Of a stretch of 64,000 nucleotides of DNA, positions 53,169-64,000 are shown piece after piece; positions within the stretch are counted from its first letter, which is position 1; every line of letters starts with the position of its first letter. The notes under the pieces are model-generated. The model saw only the letters and a program-made list of their open reading frames with translations, was not told where the DNA came from and searched no databases. Origin of the DNA: Eledone cirrhosa. Taxonomy: Eukaryota. Both the position numbers and the translations under genes were made by a program. The DNA is taken from positions 280,736,001 to 280,800,000 of the forward strand of contig OZ024741.1 in the NCBI GenBank assembly GCA_964016885.1. Reading direction: 5' to 3'.

Positions 53169-54868
53169 GTAAGTACTGTTAAACATATTATTTTCTATGA
53201 AATCTGATCAGCATTAATACTTCCATTACCCTATTTCTAATAAAATATATTCTAGTTGAATTATTTACTGAAGAATTTGGAAAGATTTACTAGTATTGTA
53301 AGGTGGTGGTGACAAAAAGAACCCAGTCCACCTTGTAAGGTGGTAGTACTGGTGCCACAACAAAAAGCATCCAGTCCATCTTATAAGGTGGTATTGCTGA
53401 TGCCACAAAAAAAGCACCCTATCAACCCAGTAAAGTGATATTGCTGGTACCCCGTAAAGTGGTTGTGTTGGTACCACAATAAAACATACCCAGCCCACTC
53501 TGTTAAATGGTAGTTGTTGGCTCTATGAAAAAAAAACCAGTTCACCTTATAAGTGCTGCTGTCATGTTAAAATATTTCCAGCACACATTTTAAAGTGGTT
53601 GTCATTAGAAAAGACATCCAGCTGTAAAAACCAAGCCTAAAACAGAACATATGAACAAGACATGATCACCTGACCAGTTTAATATATGAACAAGATGTGG
53701 TCACCTAACCAGTCTAGCATATGAACAAGACATGGTCACTTGATTGGTTTAGCTGCAGAACATGACAACCTGTTTAACCCATGCAAACATGGAAAAATTG
53801 ATGTTAAACAGTGATAAAGATCAGAACCCTTTAAAATGGGTGGCTCTGTTCCACAGAAACAGGAGCAGTTTTGGGCTGGTTGGTATCAAAAGGGTTGAAT
53901 TTGTTGTTTGACAGTACTAAAGAACCTTTGTATAAAACTCTTATGATTTATACTTCTACATTACTTGGGTTAAATGTAGTATTTCGAGGCAGTTTTTTTT
54001 TTTATATAGTCAGATGCCCTTTTTTGAAGCTAACCCATACTTTTTTCCTTTAAGTATGGTTGGTATATACCACTGATGTTTGTTGAACTGTAATACACTG
54101 GGATGCATTGTTTAGGGAGGACATAAAGAAACGTGACCACATGCTTTTTAAACAGTGTTGATATGAAGACATTCGCAGTAAATCGCACATATACACACAC
54201 ATTTTTTTTTATATCGATTGACAAAATCCCAAACCTCATTCTCTTACCAAGTGGGATGGAACTCATCAAGTCAGACCAAGGAAACAATGTTTCCATTGAT
54301 CTTTCCATTGCTGATATTTTCTACTGATCACAACTCCTGGCAGAAGGGGCAACATAAAACAAAGCGTCTTGCTCAAGGACATAACGCATTGCCTGGTCTG
54401 GGAATCAAACTCACAACCTCACAATTGCGAATCCAATTCTCTGACCACTAAGCCACGTGCTTTCACTATATTTAAAAAGGGCTTATATTTCAAATGGGTC
54501 TCTTATTTGAAATGGAACGAACCTCCATAGGTTTTAATAATGAGTGTCTGAGTTGTTTGATCAATGGGACAGCTTGCTCATGAAATTAATGTGTAAGTAG
54601 CTCAGGATTCCACTCTTTGGCAGGTTTTCTATAGCTGGATGCCCTTCCTATTGCTAACCACTTTACAGAATGCACTAAGGGTATTTATCATGTAGACCAC
54701 CATCACTAGAGAGGTTGTGCCCTTTACAATCTTAGGATCAAAAAGTCTTTCAAGTGACAAAAGATTAGTTAGAATTTCCCTATTGTTGAAATTTCTGTTT
54801 TCCTATCATTTATCTATTCATTCTTTTATATCACTTTTTGGAGTTTTTTTTTTTTTTCTTTTCCACAG

Positions 54869-54931
54869 GATTCAGTGTGTTGAGATTCGATTGGGAAAAC
54901 AGGTGAACACATTGACTGAAGATATTAAACG
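54869..54931 (+). CDS. CHMP7: CHMP7 exon 5
   Basis: acag acceptor, gttagt donor, 63 bp, phase 2-2. Encodes IQCVEIRLGKQVNTLTEDIKR. Confidence 0.9.
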
Positions 54932-55319
54932 GTTAGTCTGATATTACTCCTATATTTACAGTATAAAAATTAAAATTAAAAAAATTTAAATAGAGAGAAG
55001 CAAAATAAGAAAAAATGGAAAAGAAGGGAAGCTGTAAAGCAGCTCGAAGTTTCTGTTGATAAACTCATGAACCAAGAACAACTCATAGAAAATGTAAGGT
55101 AATATTCATTATTGGAATCTCTTCCCTTTGTGAACAAGATAATCCCCTCCATTGTTAATTTTAATTTTTCAACTGTAAGAAGTACTAGATACTTCCCCTC
55201 AACTGTAAGAAGTACTAGATACTTCCCCTAGTCTAACATGGCTTACTAGTTCTATAAAGACGTTTAAATTGATTAAATAAATAAACATGAAATAAGGTGA
55301 CCTTTTAACTTCTTTTCAG

Positions 55320-55368
55320 ACTTTCTAAAGAAGCTCGAGAACATGTGAAAAGCAAATCCCGACAATTG
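55320..55368 (+). CDS. CHMP7: CHMP7 exon 6
   Basis: tcag acceptor, gtgaga donor, 49 bp. Encodes LSKEAREHVKSKSRQL. Confidence 0.88.
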
Positions 55369-56204
55369 GTGAGATGTTTAATATTGTTGTGTACCTCTGT
55401 GTTCCTAGTGTGTGAGTTGTGGGAGAGGAGAATTAAGGTGTTTCTGTGACAAATAATTTAATGTAGTTCAGTTAATTTTGAAAATAATCAAAAGTTTGGA
55501 AGAATTTGGAAAAATAACTAACTTTTTCGTTAGTAAGCTGACATTTGGTAACAAAAATTCTTAAATAAAATTATGAGGGGAGGTCTTAATATAAGTATAA
55601 ACATTTTATAGCATACAATGAAGGGCATGTGGTTTCAAGTGGGTTGATATTCAAAGGGCTAATAGTAAGAGCAGTAGAAGCAGTTTTACTATCATTTCTA
55701 ATCGAATGGAGCTGACCTGTTAGAGATAGGTTGTAGAAAAAGACAAGAAAATAGAAAAGGTATATTACATGAAATAGTGACTCCTTGCCTTCAGAATAAG
55801 GAGGAGAGTAACATATCTGTTTTTTTATGTCTGCAAAGGAACAATTGGAATACACCCTGGCTAATGTGTATCACATTGTGTGTTCCAGACAACCCAATTC
55901 AAACATATAAAAATCTGGTTGGTTTTAAAATCTGTGAATATAGGGAGGCAACAGGTGGAGCTAGTGTCTCACACACCTGCCCACAGGCTAAGTCTGCAGT
56001 ATATGAAGAGATGCAGGACAAGGGTCATAGTCAAGGACAGTGATAATGACATTTACCCTGATATTCAGTAGAGTCTGCACGAGCATGTGACCTGATAAAG
56101 CCATCCAAAGACTACAATCTGTCCCAGAGTTTTACTCTATTTTGCATGCTGAATTAAAAGCAATTAGATTGGTGGTGGTTGTGGGGGCCTGTTGTTGTTG
56201 TTGT

Positions 56205-56940
56205 TAGGGCGGTGGATTATCAGAATTGTTAAAGCATTGGATAAAATATTTTGCAGTATTTACTTCCAGCTCTTTACATTCTGAGTTCAAATCCCTCTGA
56301 CATCAACTTTGCTTTCCATCTTTCCAGAGATCGATCAATAAAATAAAGTACCAACCAAGTACAGAGGTTGATATAATCGTTTCACCCCCGATTGCTGACC
56401 TTGAGCCTAAATTATAAACCATTATTATTGCTATTGATATTGTTGTTTTATTGGTTAATATATTGAGGCAGTGGATTGACAGAGTCATTAGCATACTGAC
56501 TGGACAAATGCTTAGCAGTGTTTGTTCCAACTCATTATGTTCTGAGTTCAAATCCCACCAAGGTTAATTTTGCCTTTCATCTTTCCAAAGATAAATAAAA
56601 TAAACTACTAGTCTGGGGTCAATATAATCAACATTCCCTTTCCTCCTCCAAAATTGCTGGCCTTGTGCCTAAATTAGAAACCATTATTATTATTGCTATC
56701 ACCAAGGGTGCATACTGTTACCTCTCCTGTTCATTATTTTCATGAACAGGATAAGGGCGGTGGATTGGCAGTATTGGTAGAGGGCTTTCCAACATAGAGT
56801 TACGTCTCTTTACGGACTGAGTTCAAATCCCACCGAGGTTAACTTTACCTTTCATCCTTATGGGGTCGATAAAATAAAGTACCAGTAATGTACTGGGTAA
56901 TTGCTGGCCTTGTGCCAAAAGTAGAAACAATTATTACTAT
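56205..56940 (+). mobile_element. three head-to-tail tRNA-derived SINE copies (family abundant throughout the window)
   Basis: Each copy has a B-box-like gagttcaaatccc, a central ttt(g/a)cctttcatc...gataaaataaagtacc, and a 3' gctggccttgtgcc...agaaac(c/a)attatt. Confidence 0.8.
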
Positions 56941-58425
56941 CAGTTAATATTTGCAATGTTTTGTATGCAACCAACGGTTTGCTAACCCTCTAAGTTCTGA
57001 TTATTACATTTCAACATTTAAAGCATTTATATCCTTGGCAGGGCTGGGAGATCAACGATAGGGGTTGGGGTGAGGGGTGGCCTGAAGGGAAGTAAATGAT
57101 GTCTGGTAAAGTATGTTTTATCATCATCATCATCATCATTATGTTTGCTTTCCACGTTGGTATTGGGTGGACTTCATCTTGCTTACACATTCCATGTTTG
57201 GCATGGTTTCTATGGATGGATGCCCCCTTCCTAACTTCACCTTTAAATTTGTAACTAAACAACTCCAAATAGCTATGAATTTATTTTAGACAAATATTTT
57301 ATTGAAGTTTGGAGTAATGGTGACAGTTATTACGCATACATTGATTTATGCATTAGCATTTCTACTGCAATTCTGCAGCAAATAAAACATTTGCTTTCAT
57401 CTTCACCAGTTACAAGGGAGGTAAAAGCTCTGTGAATAATAATAATTATTGAGTTTAGTTGTTTTGATATGTAATCATAGAGGAAAATATACTATAAGGT
57501 ATAAGATTCATAGCAAACTGGCATATACTTTCTAAGGTACTCAGAGTTATTCAAAATCGTAAGCAATAATAGAAATATAGCAATAAAAGTAGAATTTTCT
57601 GGAGTGGTTTCCCTTATTTCAGGTTTGCGTGTGATATTAAACTTAGTACTGTATGCTAATAGAACATTTGTAACACCTCCAACTCACAGGGATGAACTAT
57701 CCTTCGTAGTGCTTATTTCCAACCAGGTGAATTAGTACTTTAACTCTTAATGCCCTATACCACTTGAACGCACATTAGCAAGATATTCCTAAAAAATACA
57801 AAACAGCACTGTGACTGCATCACGTTAAAAATTAGTCTTTCCTCTAAAACTGCAAATTTTCAGAATGATCTGTCCAGTAGTAAAGATACTATAAATTTAT
57901 GAATTAAAAAACCTTTATTAATAGATATTTTCTGCTAAAATCATCAAAGATGTAAAGAGTTAAGCTCCAGTACAGTATATGTATTAGGATATGAAGTGTT
58001 GGTACTTTAACTAGTCATTCTAGAGAAGCTTGTTTATTGCATTGTTAATGATTCACTTAAAATTTCAACATTTAAAATATTTTTTATGTTTTATGACAAA
58101 GGAGACATTTTGAGTAGAAAATGTGGATTGGACTCAACTACAGTAGCTTGAGTGAGATTTATATGGAAGAAGTTTTGGGAACTGAGTGGTGTGCTATAAT
58201 GAGAAAGGTGTGTTGCATCTGTCGGGAGAGGCAGCCAGCTATAAAACATTGACTCCAAAATTCTTGTCCAACCCATGCCAGCATGGAAAAGGGGAAAGTC
58301 AACATAAAAATGATGATGATGATGATACATGCCATGAAAACATATGTATCCAGGGAATTCTGCACTTTGATGTATGTCATAAAAACAAGATTTCAGCCTT
58401 ATTTGCTTCTTTCTTTTTAATTCAG

Positions 58426-58545
58426 GCTCTCTACACACTGAAGAGAAAAAAGAACTGTGAAATGATCCTTGAAAAAAAATTAGCCACCTTGGATATTCTT
58501 CATAACTTGATTGACAAAATAAAAACTGTCACCACTGACCAACAA
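58426..58545 (+). CDS. CHMP7: CHMP7 exon 7 (Snf7 domain)
   Basis: tcag acceptor, gtaagt donor, 120 bp. Encodes ALYTLKRKKNCEMILEKKLATLDILHNLIDKIKTVTTDQQ. Confidence 0.93.
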
Positions 58546-59249
58546 GTAAGTACTTTTTTGTTTGGATTCTTACAATTAAACAATTTCATCAGTTATTCAA
58601 ATAATTAAATTAATTGCTACTTCATTTGATACATCATAAGGGAGGTCATGGTTAACCTGGAAAGTCCCTCTCCTAGGCACAAGATCCTGGCAAAGTGTTT
58701 TTGTGAAAGATCAGCAGTCGCCCAAGCTTGCAAGTTTCCCCATCTCCACACCATTGATGTTGTCCAAGGGAAAGGCTTGTCACAAATGATGACGCAACTC
58801 ATTTTTCTCCAGTTGAGTGATTTGGAGCAAAGTGAAATAAAGTGCCTTGCTCAAGGACACAACACACCACCAGATCCTTAATGAAACTTATAATCTCTCA
58901 CAAATGTCTGCGTAGTTCTTTAATCATTAAACTACACACCTTCGTTATAAAATAATTTTATAACTACCTGCTTCCAAGACATCAATAAATGTTTCAACTA
59001 CCAATATACATTGGTGGGGATGGGATGCTATATATATGTATATGTGTATATGTATATGCCAACACAAGAGCAGGAATGAAAGGTTCATTCTACTGACATG
59101 GTTATAAAATTGAGGCTTGTTTGCATAATTGCAAATAAATCGAATGTTATTAATATTCGAAAAACTCAGATTACATTTATATGTATGTATGTATGTATAT
59201 GTATATATATATATGTATGTATGTATGTATATGTATATGTATATGTATA

Positions 59250-60783
59250 TTATGGGATATCTTGGGGAAGCTGGGGTGCCCTGAGAAGTTTGTTTCTATT
59301 TTGCGTTTGTTTCATGATGACATGAAGGCATGGGTAAATGTTGGTGGAAAGCTCTCTGAGCCGATGACAGTCGAGAATGGAGTCAAACAGGTTGACATTC
59401 CAGCTCCAACGCTCTTTGCTTTGTACTTCTCCATTGTCTTCGAACAGGCCTTCGGGAACTGCAATCATGGTATATATGTTCGCTATCGATCAACTGGAAA
59501 GCTGTTTAATATCAGGAGGTTCAATGCTAAGTCAAAGGTTCACTTGTCACTAATCAGGGATTTGCTTTATGCAGATGACTGTGACCTGGTAGCGCACACT
59601 GAGATTGATATGCAGCATCTCATGGATGCATTTTCTAATGCGTGTACTGCATTGGGACTTACCATAAGCCTGAAAAAGACAGTAGCCATGTACCAACCAG
59701 CCCCTGGGAAGCCATGTTTTGAGCCCAACATCTTGGTTTATGGTGAAAGGCTAAGGGTTATTGGCAGTTTTGTATATCTTGGAAGCACTCTGAGTATGTC
59801 CTGCGATCTTGATGGGGAAATATCAAACAGGATACAGAAAGCCAGTGATGCTTTTGGAAAACTGAACAAGTGTCTCTGGTCTCAACAAAGCTCAAAGTGT
59901 ATCATGCGTGTGTGCTCGTGGCACTTCTTTATGCTTGTGAGACGTGGGTGGTCTACCATAGACAGATGAAGCGACTTAAGAGGTTCCACCAGTACTGCTT
60001 ACGTCGGATCCTCGGCATAACTTGGCAAATGTTTGTCAGTGACGTCGAGGTTCTGGACAGAAGTGGCTGTGATAGTTTCGAGTCCTTGATTTTGAAACAT
60101 CAGCTACGCTGGACAGGCCATCTTGTAAGGATGAATGACAAGCGAATGCCGAAGCAGCTGTTTTATGGCAAGCTCCAAATGGGAAAAAGGAACGCGAGCA
60201 AACCCAAGATGCGTTTTAAGGACTGCATCAAGGGGGCGCTCAAGAAAAGTAACATCCCTTGTGAGTACTGGGAAGCATGCGCTAGCGACTCATCGCATTG
60301 GAGGAAAGCAATGGCTAGTGGCAAGAGTCTATTTGAGGAAACAAGAAGAAGGCACGCGACACTAAAAAGAGATGTCCGGAAAGGAATCCGTGTTGGCCTT
60401 CCCGAAGGCACTGACAGACCGCCTGACCTGACATGTGAGACCTGTAATAGGGTTTGTCTGAGCATGGCAGGTCTAAAGAGACACCTGAGAGCGCACAAGA
60501 ACAGGGAAGCAGGCACCTGTGGAGCTATAAGTGTTCATCAGACGACGACATGTAATATTTGTGGAAGGGTATGCAGGTCGACTAGTGATCTCACACGACA
60601 CCTCGGGTCACACCTTGGGCCCAGCACTAGGTGTCAATAATTGTCACAAGTGTAGTGTTTGTACCAGAGTTTTCAAGTCGCTGGCTGGACTAAAAAGTCA
60701 CACTCGTTCAGCGCATCGGTAGGGGTTCTCCTACATGGATATAAAGTAGTGGCCGTACTCGAAAACGAGTTGGCAGCCACCAT
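59250..60783 (+). mobile_element. RTE (BovB-like) LINE, 5'-truncated, with C-terminal C2H2 zinc fingers
   Basis: GCPEKFV, NGVKQ, DLLYADDC, FVYLGS, LLYACETW and QLRWTGH, with a frameshift at about 59885. Three CxxC-x12-HxxxH-type motifs at 60434-60720. Flanked by TA/TG microsatellite. Confidence 0.92.
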
Positions 60784-60796
60784 ATATATGTGTATG

Positions 60797-60827
<31 letters not shown>

Positions 60828-61108
60828 TATTTCACATTACTCCAGTTTACTCAGCTGTAGAAATGAGTTGCAACCTCACTGATGCCAAGATGTATTGACC
60901 ATAGACTTTCCGTTGAACAACATTGGTGGTGTGGAGAAGGGAGACTGATATGCATGAGTAACTGCTGATCTTCCACAACCATCTGTGCCTCGGAGTAGAA
61001 CTTTCTAGGTTTAAATCCCATGGTCCAAAGGGGGTCTAAAAAGCCTGATAATTACAATGTGGAAATCATTTGTTAATAAATATTCCATATTATTCTTCTG
61101 TGTTTTAG

Positions 61109-61207
61109 GTTCTCGAAGCTTATGCGTGTGGAGTTTCTGCAATGAAAGTACTTACCAAAGACATCAATCTTGAGAAGGCAGAGAATGTAATTGACCAGTT
61201 ACATGAT
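61109..61207 (+). CDS. CHMP7: CHMP7 exon 8
   Basis: ttag acceptor, gtaagt donor, 99 bp. Encodes VLEAYACGVSAMKVLTKDINLEKAENVIDQLHD. Confidence 0.94.
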
Positions 61208-61215
61208 GTAAGTAT

Positions 61216-61472
61216 AGACACACATACACTTACATACACACATACATACACACTCACACACACGTATACACATACATACTCACTCACACATACATACATA
61301 CACACACTTACACATGCACACATTAAAATACAGACACACACACTTAAATACATCTTACACATACATTTACATAACACATAAATTTACACATACAGACCAA
61401 CATACAGACACACACAGGCACCTACATATTTACATATACATACCCAAACACAGACATGCATACACTCACACG
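61216..61472. repeat. degenerate (CA/TA)n low-complexity tract
   Basis: Direct reading of the sequence. Confidence 0.9.
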
Positions 61473-62727
61473 TCTTAAAAGAGAATCCAAATATGGAAGT
61501 GATTTCATATAAATGTGTTTTAATACTATTACAACATCTGTAGGACAGTGAATTGGCAGTATCGGTAGAGGGTTGGACGCCATGCTTTCCAGCATAGTTA
61601 CGTCCCTTTACTATTTCAAATCTCGTCGAGATTAACTTTTCCTTTCATCCTAACGGGGTCGATAAAATAAAGTACCAGTAATGTACTGGATGATTGCTGG
61701 CCTTGTGCCAAAAGTAGAAACAACTATTACAACACCTGTACAATTGGCGTGTTCCTTACCTGAAATACATTTAGTTCTATTACATCACCTGTAATCTTTG
61801 GTGCTGACTTACTTGACTAGGTCTGCAATCTTCTATGTTCTTTGACAATGCGAGTGGTGATGCCTCAACTTATTTATTCAGCTTATTTTAGGGTACTTAC
61901 ATATGTATATGAGTGTGTGTGTGTATAAGAGAAGGCAACAAGTTGAAAACTACACAGCAGAACACTACACTACAATACAATAACAGTATATTAATTTAAC
62001 TCTTAATATAATTGGAAAAGAGAAAATGTTTCAGACACTAGTCTTTCATCAGAAGATAGAAGGGAAAAGAAGGAGGAAGACAAAAGAGAGTAAATACAAA
62101 GCAGGAATTGGGGTAGAGAAGACAAAAACAAGTATATACCATATCATCATCGTCACTTTTTAACGTCCATTTTTCATGCATGGGTTAGATGGGCCATCCA
62201 CATTATTAGACAAGTCTGGCCAAGTAGCCATGTTATGCCTTGTTAGCCACGTTATGCCACGCACATATCAGGACTGTGTGTTGGCTGGGTTTTTTGTTGT
62301 TGCTGGATGCCTTTCCTACAACCAACTGCATTTACAGTGTGGAACTGAGTGACACCATTGTAAGACAAGTCTGGCCAGATGGCTTCGCCATACCTTGCTC
62401 AAATGAGATTGTATTTTGGCTGTGGTTTTTACAGCTGGATTCCCTTCCTAACACCAACCACATTTACAGTGTGGAACTGGGTGGTCCTGTTATGAGATAA
62501 GTCTGGCCAGATGGCCACTCACACCTTGCACAAATTGGGACTGTTTGATTTTTACAGCTGCTGGATGCCCTTCCTAACACCAACCATGTTTACAGTGTGG
62601 AACTGGGTGACACCATTATGAGGAGGATGTGGACGTTAAACAATGATGATGATCATCATGTATACACTCTCTCTCTATATGTATGTGTGTGTGTTAACAG
62701 TTATTAATTGTTTATGTTTTTCTGTAG

Positions 62728-62902
62728 ACACTTGGAGAGCAAGAAGAAGTAAGCCACTTGTTGGCCAATGCTTGGCCAGATTCTAATGAAGACTCTGAAG
62801 AATTGGAGGAAGAGTTCCAGAAATTGATGAAAGAAGAAGAAAGTATTGCAGAAGATGAGGCTCTTGCTAAAACTCTTTCTAATTTGAGAATTCAAGATAA
62901 AT
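62728..62902 (+). CDS. CHMP7: CHMP7 exon 9 (acidic C-terminal region; gene continues)
   Basis: gtag acceptor, gtaagt donor at 62903 (phase 1). Encodes TLGEQEEVSHLLA...DSEELEEEFQKL...LAKTLSNLRI. Confidence 0.9.
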
Positions 62903-64000
62903 GTAAGTGTTCTATAGCTAATCGTAAAGTATGCTTTCATTTATTTTATCAGGTCATTAAGTATTTGCTTTCCTGTAACATAAATCCTCCTCAAAATTAC
63001 TTTCTTTCCTTTGCAGCATATTTTGTGTTGATAAATTAAGTACCAGTTATATATTGGGATATAACTAAGTGTAAAGTCTGCTTTAAAACATTGTACAGCT
63101 GTTCTTTGTTTTCATTTGTTTTATTTGCTTTCCTGTAACTTAAATCCTAAGGTGGTGAATTGGCAAAGTTGTTAGAACGTTGGATAGAAGGATTTACGGT
63201 ATTTGTTTCAGCTCTCTGAGTTCAAACCCCGCTGAGGTCAACTTTGCCTTTCATCCATTCAAAGTCGATAGAAAGTACCAGTCTAGTACTGAGATCGATT
63301 ATTCCTCTATATATCGTTCTCACTATTCTTTCCCTCACTCTACTCTTCTCTGGAAGAAATCTACTATATTCAAACCTGGAAAGATGATAGACTCCGCTAG
63401 GTTTAAAAAATGTCCGAGAAACGCTCTATGTCAGGCATGTCAAACAAGCACACCTGCAGCCCACATGAAGGTTTTTACAGTGCGAACATGTTTCCGTAAA
63501 ATTAGTTGTAATGTGCGCAATTAGTTGTCATGTGTGGTCCTCAGACAACACATATGTGACCCATGTGGCCCTCGGGGGACCCTCAGTTTGACATGCCTGC
63601 TCTATGTGAATATGGCATAGTTGGTGTGATTTCTACAACTGGTTGCCCTTTCTAATACCAACCACCTTACAGAGTGCATTTTATGATGGCACCAGCACTG
63701 CAGAGTTTGTCATGGTCTTAATGCAATAGAGGTGTCATTTCTGCCCTACAAAATCCAACAAACTGGCAGTCATTAGAATGTCAGTTAGAATGCTCTGCAG
63801 AATCCGTTCCAACTATCTGTACTCTTTCAAATCCTCCTAAAATTAACTTTGCCTTTCATCCTTTTGAGTTTGAAAGAAAAATACTAAGGTCGATTTTCCC
63901 TCTACATCTTTTTTTCATTTCCCTCTCAAGAAGAAATTAGTTTTCGTCAGACCTGGAGTGGAATGGGCTCTGCCAGTTTCCAGTTTTAAAAATGCCCAGC

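Noticed and set aside
56795-56840. tRNA-like B-box (gagttcaaatccc) at many sites
   Set aside because: These are SINE heads with no cloverleaf, so no tRNA genes are called.

Overview
AT-rich animal genomic DNA. The repeat landscape (RTE/CR1 LINEs, tRNA-derived SINEs, TA/CT microsatellites) looks like an octopus or other coleoid cephalopod, which is an inference. Two intron-rich housekeeping genes lie in tandem on the + strand. PRC1 (MAP65/Ase1 family) has 12 coding exons in the window, 2931-23815, about 620 aa, and its first coding exon was not found. CHMP7 (ESCRT-III) has 9 coding exons, 38191-62902, and its last exon was not found. Exons were traced by hand from GT/AG sites, phase continuity and remembered similarity to the human proteins. 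Introns and the intergenic region hold decayed LINEs, SINEs, TTAA-flanked MITEs and tandem repeats. The most unusual signals are: (1) a family of short (TA)n-targeting fold-back elements at 32.1 kb and 36.4-37.6 kb that carry the 3' half of a hammerhead ribozyme, including a perfect 110-bp palindrome about 580 bp upstream of the CHMP7 ATG; (2) an apparently complete type I hammerhead with an expanded stem II, antisense in CHMP7 intron 3 (52689-52766); and (3) several long intronic hairpins. TE boundaries are approximate, and family names come from motif recognition, not database searches.
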